Assembly: GCA_964387845.1 (NCBI GenBank) | Contig: CAYLXA010000001.1 | Location: 160,001 to 224,000 of the forward strand | Source: an uncultured bacterium | GTDB taxonomy: Bacteria; Omnitrophota; Omnitrophia; Omnitrophales; Abzuiibacteriaceae | Length of the DNA stretch: 64,000 bases | Reading direction: 5' to 3' | Notes under the pieces: generated by a model | Database searches by the model: none | Told to the model about the DNA's origin: nothing | Seen by the model: only the letters and a program-made list of their open reading frames with translations | Made by a program: the position numbers and the translations under genes | Part shown: positions 1 through 9,900 of the stretch, piece after piece | Numbering within the stretch: the stretch's first letter is position 1 | Layout of the letters: every line of letters starts with the position of its first letter

Positions 1-442
1 AATCAATAACGCCGTATCGTTCGGGGTCTTTGACGTTATAAGCAAAAATCGTGGCGCCTTCTTTCTGCTGCGCGGCTTTCTGCAGCAATTTGCTCAAACC
101 CGGACCGAAGAAAATATTGTCGCCGAGCACAAGGCATACGCTGTCTTTTCCGATGAATTTCTCACCAACCAGAAAAGCATCCGCCAAGCCGCGCGGTTTT
201 TCTTGTTCCGCATACGTTAATTGAATGCCAAGATCTCTGCCGTTGCCTAAGAGTGTTTTAAAATGCGGAAGCGCTTCGGATGTGGAAATAATCAAAATAT
301 CCTTAATACCTGAAAGCATCAGGACCGATAGAGGGTAATACACCATCGGCTTGTTGTAAACCGGGAGAAGCTGTTTGCAGATTCCTTTGGTGATGGGATA
401 AAGCCGCGTTGCTCTACCTCCTGCAAGAATAATACCCTTCAT
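1..442 (-). CDS. rfbA: Glucose-1-phosphate thymidylyltransferase, 3'-truncated by window edge (N-terminal 147 aa present)
   Basis: Reverse-strand translation [46 protein letters not shown]...GDNIFFG closely matches RmlA/RfbA. ATG at 442 (minus). Confidence 0.93.
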   Translation of the reverse strand, partial: MKGIILAGGRATRLYPITKGICKQLLPVYNKPMVYYPLSVLMLSGIKDILIISTSEALPHFKTLLGNGRDLGIQLTYAEQEKPRGLADAFLVGEKFIGKDSVCLVLGDNIFFGPGLSKLLQKAAQQKEGATIFAYNVKDPERYGVID

Positions 443-447
443 AAAAT

Positions 448-1380
448 CTATTCACTCTTACCAAACGGAAGTTTAAGCTTGTCTTTGAGTTCGCCCGCAG
501 CACCGGCCAAATCTTTGACAGCATCTTTCGCAGTGCTCGTCACGGCGCCCGCGGTTTCTTTTGCCGTTCCGCCGACAGCGCCTGCTGTTTTCTTAAGGCT
601 TTCAGGCGCCGAGCCAACCAATTCTTTCGCAGCTTTTGCTTGTTCACCGATCAAGGCCTGCCCCTTCAAAATCGCATCCGCCGCCACTTTTTGCGATGTG
701 GCCAGCGTATCGGCAACGGATGACTGTAGTGCGCCCAAATCAATGTCCGTGAGCGACGCAATGGTTGTATTCATGAGCGCTTTTGCGACAATCAAACTCA
801 CAACCGCAGCCGGGTTTTCTATGTTGGTATAAGATTCATTTAAATTTAATTTAAATTCCTTAACGGAAGGCGCATTAATCCGGGCAGTGTAGTCTTTATA
901 AACCACCTTCTCGACCCGAAGTAAAAGCTTGTCAATTTGGATCGCGGGCGCCTTTCCGGCTTCCTTTGGTTTTTCTGCAGCGGGCCCACCTTTTTTCTTA
1001 GCCTGAGGCGGGATTAATTTGTTGATATTCACTTCGCCGCTTTTATTTTTAATCACTACCAATTCTTTTAAATGGACCCGGATCTCCGGCAAATGCACCT
1101 TGCCTTGAAACAAAGGTTCAATTTGATAAGCAACAAAAAATTCGGGCAAATCAACCATTACCGGATCTTGAAATCCGTCCGGATTATGGAGCCGCAGATT
1201 TTTGATGCCAACCGAGGGGCTCGCGCCGACGCCGATATTTAAATCGGCAATGCTTAGTTTGACGCCCGTCACCAAATGAACGCCTGTTTCGATTGCGGCT
1301 TTGGCAATCAAATTACGGCCGATAAAAAGGCCGATCAAAATAATAAAAACAAAAAGGATAAATTTTAAAAAACTTTTCAT
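448..1380 (-). CDS. Membrane-anchored hypothetical protein with C-terminal Lys/Ala-rich 11-mer-like repeat tail
   Basis: ORF 448..1533, but the likely start is the internal [19 protein letters not shown] (signal-anchor) at 1380, with AGGAG 8 nt upstream. The longer start would overlap mscS by 140 nt. Tail reads ...[37 protein letters not shown]. Confidence 0.6.
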   Translation of the reverse strand: MKSFLKFILFVFIILIGLFIGRNLIAKAAIETGVHLVTGVKLSIADLNIGVGASPSVGIKNLRLHNPDGFQDPVMVDLPEFFVAYQIEPLFQGKVHLPEIRVHLKELVVIKNKSGEVNINKLIPPQAKKKGGPAAEKPKEAGKAPAIQIDKLLLRVEKVVYKDYTARINAPSVKEFKLNLNESYTNIENPAAVVSLIVAKALMNTTIASLTDIDLGALQSSVADTLATSQKVAADAILKGQALIGEQAKAAKELVGSAPESLKKTAGAVGGTAKETAGAVTSTAKDAVKDLAGAAGELKDKLKLPFGKSE

Positions 1381-1394
1381 GACTGTCTCCTCAA

Positions 1395-2228
1395 TTATGC
1401 CACTGCGGTTTGCGAAACAATATGAACGTCTCTTTGCGGAAACGGTATTTCGACACCATCTCTTTTGAAAGTCCGGTAAACTGCCAAATTGACGGCAGCA
1501 ACGGTAGACGGGTACTGATCGGCACGCGCCCAATAACGGTAGCCAATATTAACGGAAGAATCGCCAAATTCTTTGATCCCTACCTGGGGAGCAGGTGCTT
1601 GGACCACGTTCGGATTTTGTTTCAGCACTTCCTGGATAATCGCAATTGCCTTTTCGGGATCGCTCGCGTAACTAATACCCACGATCGAATTGGAAATTTT
1701 GTTGGTGAATGAATTGTAAACAATTTCACCGACCATGTGTTTGTTGGGGATGGTAATTCGCGCGCCGTCTGCATTCACCAAAATCGTACATGGCAATTTA
1801 ATGTCCTGCACCGTGCCGGTGACATCTTTCACCGTAATCGTGTCGCCTATTGCAAACGGTCGTGCAAAAATGATGGCCAGTCCGGCCGCATAATTGGAAA
1901 GCGTGCCTTGAATTGCAAAACTCGCACCGAAGAGCGCGGCGCTCAAAGCCGCTACGAGCGGCGTAATTGTAATACCGATTTTACCGAGCGCAACGATAAC
2001 GGCAAATGCGATGACTATTAATTTGAAAATACCCGACAAAAATCGCGCAAGCGCCAAATCTACTTTCTTTTTCTCGAAAAGGCCAAGTGAGAACTTTGCG
2101 GTCCAGTTGGCAACGACAAACCCTGCGATCAATACTAAAATAGCGCCGACAAGTTCAAAGCTGTAATTCACTACGAACTCGATACTAGTATCGATTAACT
2201 TCTGAACGGCTGAAATTTCTTCCGACAT
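1395..2228 (-). CDS. Mechanosensitive ion channel, MscS family
   Basis: 277 aa with N-terminal TM helices followed by an MscS-like beta domain (AIGDTITVKDVTGTVQDIKLPCTILVNADGARITIPN). 14-nt gap to the downstream gene. Confidence 0.8.
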   Translation of the reverse strand: MSEEISAVQKLIDTSIEFVVNYSFELVGAILVLIAGFVVANWTAKFSLGLFEKKKVDLALARFLSGIFKLIVIAFAVIVALGKIGITITPLVAALSAALFGASFAIQGTLSNYAAGLAIIFARPFAIGDTITVKDVTGTVQDIKLPCTILVNADGARITIPNKHMVGEIVYNSFTNKISNSIVGISYASDPEKAIAIIQEVLKQNPNVVQAPAPQVGIKEFGDSSVNIGYRYWARADQYPSTVAAVNLAVYRTFKRDGVEIPFPQRDVHIVSQTAVA

Positions 2229-2364
2229 GGGCTTCTCCTTAAGTAGGGCTGTATTTTAACGGTTTACTCCTTATTCTTCTAGCCATTTTTATCTGTCTCC
2301 AAATATATTACAATTATTTATATTTATACTTACAATATACTTACAATTGTGGTATAGTTTATCT

Positions 2365-3444
2365 ATGGGTACAAAAGAGATTATTCTAAAAGAAGTTGAA
2401 TTGAAAGGGTCTGTCAAAACCGCGGATTTGGCCCGAAAAACCGGCATCTCCCGCCAGACCATTGCGCAGCACTTCCGGGACCTCATCAAAGACCGAAAAC
2501 TGATTAAACTGGGTTCTACGCACAACGCAAGTTACCTGCCCTACGTGCCTCAGGCGCCCGTTCCGCTCGCAACCGAAAAAAACGCCAAACAACACACCGC
2601 CACACTTCTCATCCACTGCCCCGACCAAAAAGGGATTGTGGCGGCGGTAACAAAGTTCCTGTTTCAATTCCGGGGAAATATTCTTTACCTGGACCAGCAT
2701 GTGGATTTCGAGAAGAAAGTTTTCTTTATGCGGGTTGAATGGGACCTGCGCGGCTTTCTGATTTCACGAAAAAATATCGGAAAACAATTCGACAGGACTG
2801 TCGGCCGGCATTTCCGCATGAAATGGCAGCTTTACTTTTCCGATGAAATCCCGCGGATGGCAATTTTCGTGTCGACACTGCCGCACTGCCTATACGATAT
2901 TCTCGCGCGCTGCCAATCGGGCGAATGGCGCGTAGAAGTTCCGGTCATCATCAGCAATCATGAATCGTTAAAACCTGTTGCACAGCAATTCGGCATCGAG
3001 TTTCACTATTTCCCCATTACGAAGGCCAATAAAAGCGAGCAGGAAAGGCGTGAAATTGAGCTGTTAAAAAAATTAAAAGTGGATTTTGTTGTGCTTGCCC
3101 GTTATATGCAGATCTTGAGCGATTCTTTCCTCCGTCAATTTCCGGAAAAGATCATCAATATCCATCACTCATTTCTGCCGGCCTTCCCAGGCTCCCGGCC
3201 ATATCATTCGGCTTACGGGCGCGGCGTTAAGATCATCGGCGCCACAAGCCATTATGTTACCGCCAAACTCGATGAAGGCCCGATCATTGAGCAAGACACG
3301 GTTCGCATCAGCCACAAAGACACAATCGATGATTTAATTAGAAAAGGAAGGGATTTGGAAAAACTTGTTTTGGCGCGTGCGGTTTGGCATCATATCCGCC
3401 GCACAATTTTAATCCACGAAAACCGGACGGTTAATTTCGCTTAA
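2365..3444 (+). CDS. purU: Formyltetrahydrofolate deformylase (PurU) with an extra N-terminal winged-helix/HTH domain
   Basis: ACT domain (LLIHCPDQKGIVAAVTKFLFQFRGNILYLDQH) plus formyltransferase core (NIHHSFLPAFPGSRPYHSAYGRGVKIIGATSHYVT). First ~65 aa reads DLARKTGISRQTIAQHFRDL, an HTH. ATG at 2365; an upstream TTG at 2347 is possible. Confidence 0.85.
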   Translation: MGTKEIILKEVELKGSVKTADLARKTGISRQTIAQHFRDLIKDRKLIKLGSTHNASYLPYVPQAPVPLATEKNAKQHTATLLIHCPDQKGIVAAVTKFLFQFRGNILYLDQHVDFEKKVFFMRVEWDLRGFLISRKNIGKQFDRTVGRHFRMKWQLYFSDEIPRMAIFVSTLPHCLYDILARCQSGEWRVEVPVIISNHESLKPVAQQFGIEFHYFPITKANKSEQERREIELLKKLKVDFVVLARYMQILSDSFLRQFPEKIINIHHSFLPAFPGSRPYHSAYGRGVKIIGATSHYVTAKLDEGPIIEQDTVRISHKDTIDDLIRKGRDLEKLVLARAVWHHIRRTILIHENRTVNFA

Positions 3445-3932
3445 GACGCGGGTCCTGTCTGCGCAACTTTGTCCTAAAGCTTTGAAGAAGCCCTCCGCTC
3501 AATGGATTCATTGTGAGAAATCTATTCGCTCCGGCATTGGAACACCTTCCGCTGTCCTGCCGCTCAAAACGTCGCAGTCATCGGCTTTCCAATGCCTCCG
3601 CACATGATTGCTCTCTCGCGAATCCAATTCGCTTCGGCGCTTCTTCAAAGCTTTTTGATATTGAGAGACGAAAGCCAAGCTGCTTCTCGGAGCGCCATCA
3701 TGAGGCCGTGATTCCAATCGAATCATGGCCGAATGGGCTGAGTACGACAATTTCTCCCTCAGCGCTTCCTTGAAGATAAATATTCAAGGATCAATTAAGC
3801 GCTGGGGCTGGACTCATTTCTATAAACCGACTGGATCCATTAATGAAAATGAGTCCTGCTTAGGCATGGCGCCTAGAAATTGGCGCACGGAGGAAAGCGG
3901 AGAGAAGCAGGTTGGGCTGAGTCGTGCGTAGA

Positions 3933-6900
3933 TTAGGCTTTGATGATGAGTTCGTGCGCATTTTGGAATTCTGCTCTTAACTCGCTTGAAAACTTGACGA
4001 TATTGAACAATCCTCTGATATCGTCGGCAGAACTTTCATCATCAATAACGCCGCGGTTTTTCATAGCAAGCGCAATCCCCCGGTCCTCTTTTAAGCCAAG
4101 CGCCTGGATAAAACCAACCTGTAGCTTCTTTTTTAAATAATGCGCCGCCTGATCGGGATATTGAAACACTTTCATTCGTTCATCGGCTTGAAAAGAAACG
4201 GCCGCGGCTCCGTCCGAAACCACCGCGACTTCATAACCTTGCGCTTTATAGTAACGCACAAGAAGCGGTGTCACGGTGCCCGCTTCGCGCGTTAAAATAT
4301 CCATCAAAATTACGCCGCGCTTTAAATGGAGATCTTGATTCGAGTCGCCGCTGATTTCAAACGTTCGGTTTAAATAATTTCTAAGTTCCGGCGTTAAAAA
4401 CAACCCCGGATCCGCATCGATTTGCCGCGCGGCTTCTCGCACGCTTGATTCCATAGTTTCTATATGCATCTCGAGCCCGTCAAACGGGTTTAGATGATCA
4501 AATCTTAACTCGGACTTGGCGCCATCACCTTTAACCAAGTAAGTGTAAATTTTCTGAAATTCATGTTCATAGCTTTCGGTAAATTTTTCTTCTTTCTCGG
4601 CCACGCGGCGATAATATTCCGAAGCTTGTCCGGTAACATACTGCCACAAGGTAAAATTTGTCTGATTTTGTTTATTAAAATCAGCCAACTGCTCTGCGTC
4701 TATTTCACCTTGCGCCTCTCCCTGGTGGCGTAGAAAAATCGGTATCTCCGGCCCTAGAAAAACTTCGGGAAAAAGCGCGGCAATTTGCCTGACGATGCTT
4801 AGGAAATCTTGGGACGGATCATTGTCTAAATTCTCTGAAATATCCTGAAGAATTTCTCGGTAGGCTTCCAAACCGAAGGCGTCCACTGGAAAATCATTTT
4901 GCTTAAAAAACTCAGCCCCGTGCGAGGCCGCTGTCTTATTCGGAACAAACAAAAGGCCATTGATCAGCGCGGAACCGTACTCCAATATTTTCTGCCTATT
5001 TTGAACAGGATCTTTTAGAAATTCTTTTAATGAAGGCAAAAACCCTTTGATTAAAATGGGCATCAATTGAATATCCAGTTCATCTGTCCCGATACGGTGA
5101 TCATGCCTTAAGTGCGGGCCCAGGATTCCGAATAAAAGAGCTGCTCCTTGCGCGGATTTTTGCGCAAGCGCCGCAGCGTTATCAAGAAAGACTTGGTCAT
5201 TGTCAGCAAATGACAAAAGTTTTTTAAGCAGCAGGCCGTCAGGTTCGGGAATTACATCATTCAAACGGCCGTCTTCATGCCCCCGCAGTTCGGAACGGTT
5301 TTCAATGGTAATCAAAACCTCTTCCTGTGCGGGGTTTTTGGTTGGAATCACCCTGACCTTAAATTCAAGTGATTCTGAAGCATCGTTCAATACAAATGTC
5401 CCGTAATCGGAACCGGCGCGCTGCCGTTCGATGGCAACATCTTTTGCTATTAACTTCACCAATGTAAAAAAGTGAAGCGCATTTCCGGCAGGTTTGGCAG
5501 TGAAATGCCTGGCAGAAATCTTGCTGTCTGAATCTTTAGACACGATTACGGTAACAACAGCACCGTTACGAATCAACCGCACAGATTTTGCCTGCTTCAA
5601 TTTGAAAACGGGTTTCAGCACATAAGATTGAACCAATTTTGAATAAGGAAGCGGTGTTTCATGGTTGGATGCGATTGACAATAAAAATCGGCCTTGATCC
5701 CGGTTCATGATCCAGAGTGCAAATTGCGCGCCCTTAAGCTCCAACCGTTCCCTTTCGGTCATCGTGCGGCTTTGGGTCAAGCGCTTCATATCCAACTTAT
5801 CAAAGCGCTCCAAGAGCCCATGGAACTTTCCGGGGTCGAGCAGCTCATCCGCGTCAACCTCGGAAAGCACAAGAAGAGTCAGTAAGTGGCCAAGCTGTCT
5901 AAATAACGGGCTTTTATCTCTAAAGTCCTCGAAAAGATTCTTCGCATCTTCAAGCAGGCTGCGGACTTCATCATAGGCAAGGCCAGATGCTGTCAAATAT
6001 CGCATTTTGCCCACCGCGCGCAAAAATTGCCCCTCTTGATCCATGGTTAATCCGACTTTATTTTCGGTTTCTGGATCATCCGGATTGATAATTTCGATGG
6101 GGTCAAGGCCTTCGCGGAAATCTTCCTCTAAAAATTTCTTCAATTCATCCGAACGTTTTCCCATTTCGATTAAAAGCTGGGATAACGCCCTTAATTCGGA
6201 ACGCTGCCCTCCGGCAGAGCCGTTTTGTGCATTATTGCGCTTCTTATAATTTGACACTTCAATAGACAAATCATTGATTTCATTGGCTAACGCTTCAACT
6301 TTAAAAATAAGCTTTCGATTTGGATTTTTTGGATCGGCGAGAATGAACGAGCCGATTTGATCAACATTTCCCCGGTTAATATCGATCTGCTGCGTAAAAA
6401 ATTGCAGTAAGGTTAAAAAATAAAACGCGTCTTGCTTTTCTAATTTGAACTTTTCAGATTTTATGACGTCGCGCTGTGCGTCTGAATCCAGATAGTAAAT
6501 TTCGACTGTATTTGTCTTTTGAACACGTTTGATTTTAATGAAGCCAATATCATCCTCTTTAAATGCCGGGTCTATGATCATTTGCTTTAATAACTGGCCA
6601 ACCTGAAACTGCCTGATCGCCAAATGAATAAAGCGGCCTTGATACTGTCTCATGCCGGCCAACAAGTATTTTGCCGCTGCCGCGATCAGCTTGTCCATCG
6701 GGTCCAGCGGCTGTCCGTTCCGTTCGGAATAATGAAATCTCATAGCTAAGCTGACCAGTTCGTGAAATATGTCGGTTTGAAAATATGTGTTGAGCTTTTC
6801 GGGCGTTCTTGCTAATTCGGTTTGAATTGTTTCGAGCTCACTTCGAAAACCATCGGCTACACTAATGTAGTGATAAGTACCCGCCGCAGAAATAGCTTGT

Positions 6901-9900
6901 GTCAAAAGCTGGTCGAAGCGCCGGTTGTGAACCAGATAAAATAGCGGCGGATAGGCACCATGCTCCAAATCAACTTGGCCAACCACATAGTCAAAGAAAT
7001 CTTTGACTGCTTTTTTTGCATCATTGTTGCCGAGCCGCATCATCACACTGTCTTTTTGCTTGACTAGTCTCTGCGTCAACAATTCTTCAATTTCAAATAA
7101 GCGCTGGCCCATCTCGGCCAAGTCGATTTCCAGTTTGCTCCATCCGCTATTTCCGATATCGCCCGATTTGGTTCGGAGTTCGGATCTTTCCGCAGGTTGT
7201 TTTTGATTATCAAACTCGGCGGTCAATTTAAACGATCTAGCATGTTCGGCGTCGAATGCTTCGAGCATCGGGTCGGCGTATTCGAAAAGCCAGCTAAAAT
7301 CTTTTTCTGCCTCGGGAGTTTTAAAACCAAAGTCTTCTGTAAAAATAGAGAAATCAACCTCAGGCCGGCCGCTCAATAAAAATGTAAGACTAAGCGGATT
7401 TTCTATCTCACGATTACCGTTGATTTCGTCCAGCCATGCTTGAAATAATGCGGCTAGGCGTATTTTCCTTTTATCCAAACTGCCGTCCGGACGCATGATA
7501 TGCCTTAAATTCTTCAGTTCGTTTGCAACCGCTTCGCGCCGCTCTTCGTCTGAAAATGATTGAATATAATCATCAAAGTTGCCGGGTGGCCCGATCTCCT
7601 TCAGAACTGCTTCTGCCAATACTACGAATTGCTCATAATGAGGCTGGGTGGCATACACAACATAACGCCGAAACCAATCCTTCATTTTGGGATCTTGATA
7701 ATAATCAAGAAGCCTTTTCATCGAAGGATCCTTTTGAGCCGACTCATAAAATGTCTCCCCTTTAAGGATCATCTTCCTGTTCAGGTCTTGGTCGAATCGA
7801 TAGCTGCCGTCCGGCTGTATCGCCAAACTAATATTGTTGCGGTGAATCTGCCGATATTTTTTAAATTGCACTGCCCGGGGATTATTCGTTTTTTCGGGAT
7901 AATGAATGAATTTTGCCACATTAATAAAGTACCGAATATTCATCAGCCGGAATTTTCTGGGAAGCCAAGCTGTATAATCATAATCGATGGCAGCCAAGGC
8001 ACTGTTGGGTTCGTCCTTAGATTGCGGCGCCTTCATCAGAACAATTTCAAAGGGTTTCAGCAAAGACCGCCCGTTCAGAGTCACTTCATTGCCGATTGCC
8101 AAACGGGACCCTTTGCTAATCAAACTGATAAATTCCCGGATCAAATTGCGATCCTCTTCGGTTTCGGCATATTTCAGATCTTGATCCAGGATAAAGCGAA
8201 GTTCTTCCGCCAGTCTGTCCATTTTCTCCGAATTCCCCGGCGGAACCCGGAGCGCAAACTGATCAAGCTTGCTGAAGCCAATAGACAAATCGACTGGATC
8301 ATACGGAACTTGCGGTGCCGGATCTTCAAATAGGCGATATTGCAAATCCCGCTTAAACCACCGGACAACGGGGAAATAATAAAATAATGCGGCAATCATC
8401 GATAGCACAGACCCAAAAACCGAGGCCCAAACTATCCGCTTCTTCAGAATTTGCCGTTTTGCATGCTTAAGCCGCTTCTGGCGCTCAAGCAGATTATTCA
8501 AAGCTTGTTTAGCAAGTGAAACGATGTGATGATCGCTATCCTCCGGGCCGAATTCAAACTGAATAACTTGCCCGCGCTTTGTTTCAAGTGCCGCGTATCC
8601 GGATTTTCCATTCTCAGGCAAAAGCACAAACGGTTTTTCCCATGGCCCATGGAAAACAAACGGCTCTTCGTTCGGTAATCTGAGAATCAATTTCTCAATC
8701 TCCCCGGGCCGTTCGGCTTGGCGCCTTTCTTCATCCAATCGTTGTTCGTTATTCCGCCAATCCCTTTTTATTTGCTGAACTTTTCCTAACGCGTCCGCCC
8801 TTTTGGCAGCCGTGGTCTCATCATCATGGAGCACATTTTGGTATTCTGTGTGGCCGAACAGTTTTGTCAGCAAATGATCACGGGATTGAGCGGTCGGAAG
8901 GCCATAAACAACCTCCGCCACGTGAAGCACTCCGCTTTCAATTGCGCTCCGGAGCGAATTTAACTTTGATGGCGTAGCATCAAGCTCTTTTCCTCTCGCC
9001 GGAATTAGATGAAACGGCAAATGACTTTTCCCGGAATCTAAGAATAAACTGATAGATCGTAGTTTTTTTCCGTTTAATTCAATTTCTTTTTTAAAGTTAA
9101 TTTGAATAGTTGATGGCTTGCCAGAATGATCCACGATGATTCGAGTGTGGCTGGAAAAATCGTTCGCCACACCGATAATTGTGTCGGCTATTTCTTTTTC
9201 AGGAACGAGCGGCCGAAAACCTAAATGAGTCCATATTTGAATAATACGTGGATCACGACTTTCGCCTTCTAATTTTAGAACGCTTCCGTTCTTAGACGAT
9301 AATTGATTCTGTGCTATGAATTCGATTTTGCCGTGAAGTTTATGATTCAACCTCGTTGGGTCTATGGTTTCAAGCCGCACCACTTCAGTGCTTGCGCGAA
9401 GCTCTGATCGCGGCGTAGTTTGATTAGTTGCAATTCTGGTAAAGACGAGATAATGCCAATAGCGCCCTGATTTGTAAAAAGCCGGGATGGCGCGCGATCC
9501 TGTAGAACTTTGCCATTCTTCAGGATGAATAAATTCGCGAAATGCTTTTAATATGGAATCGCCCGCTCCATCAAAATCGAACTCTAGCTCGTCAAAGGGG
9601 TACTCAAAAGTAATTTGGCCGCCCTCCGGAATCCTGGCAATTAACTGCCGAAACCACTCTTGCGAGAGCGAATCGACGTAGCGGTCGATATTTCCAAAAC
9701 GGACATGACGATAAGCCGGCTCTTGAAATAACAAGGCGGGATCCCGGATATCAACCCGGCGGATTTCTATTTGGTCACCGAGACGTAAGAATTTTTTGGC
9801 TCGTTTCGAAAAAGCCTCCACGAAAAACGAGCGGTCTGAGAAAATAAAATGATCATCACCGCTGATTTGTTTAAAAAAGTTCACGGCGTTGGTTCCTGAA

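Noticed and set aside
448-1533. 361-aa reading of the first full ORF, which would overlap mscS by ~140 nt
   Set aside because: The internal Met at 1380 has an AGGAG RBS and begins a clean signal-anchor. The upstream extension (MGACRSVPVYRCC...) is Cys/Arg-rich junk overlapping the mscS 3' end.
2289-2525. 78-aa minus-strand ORF spanning the purU promoter and start
   Set aside because: It overlaps the well-supported purU start and an AT-rich promoter region, and has no features.
7560-8333. 257-aa plus-strand ORF (and many 60-115-aa ORFs) inside the giant gene region
   Set aside because: They lie antisense to, or out of frame with, the uninterrupted 9.35-kb minus-strand ORF. The giant ORF has coherent signal peptide and domain motifs, and the internal ORFs have no recognisable features.
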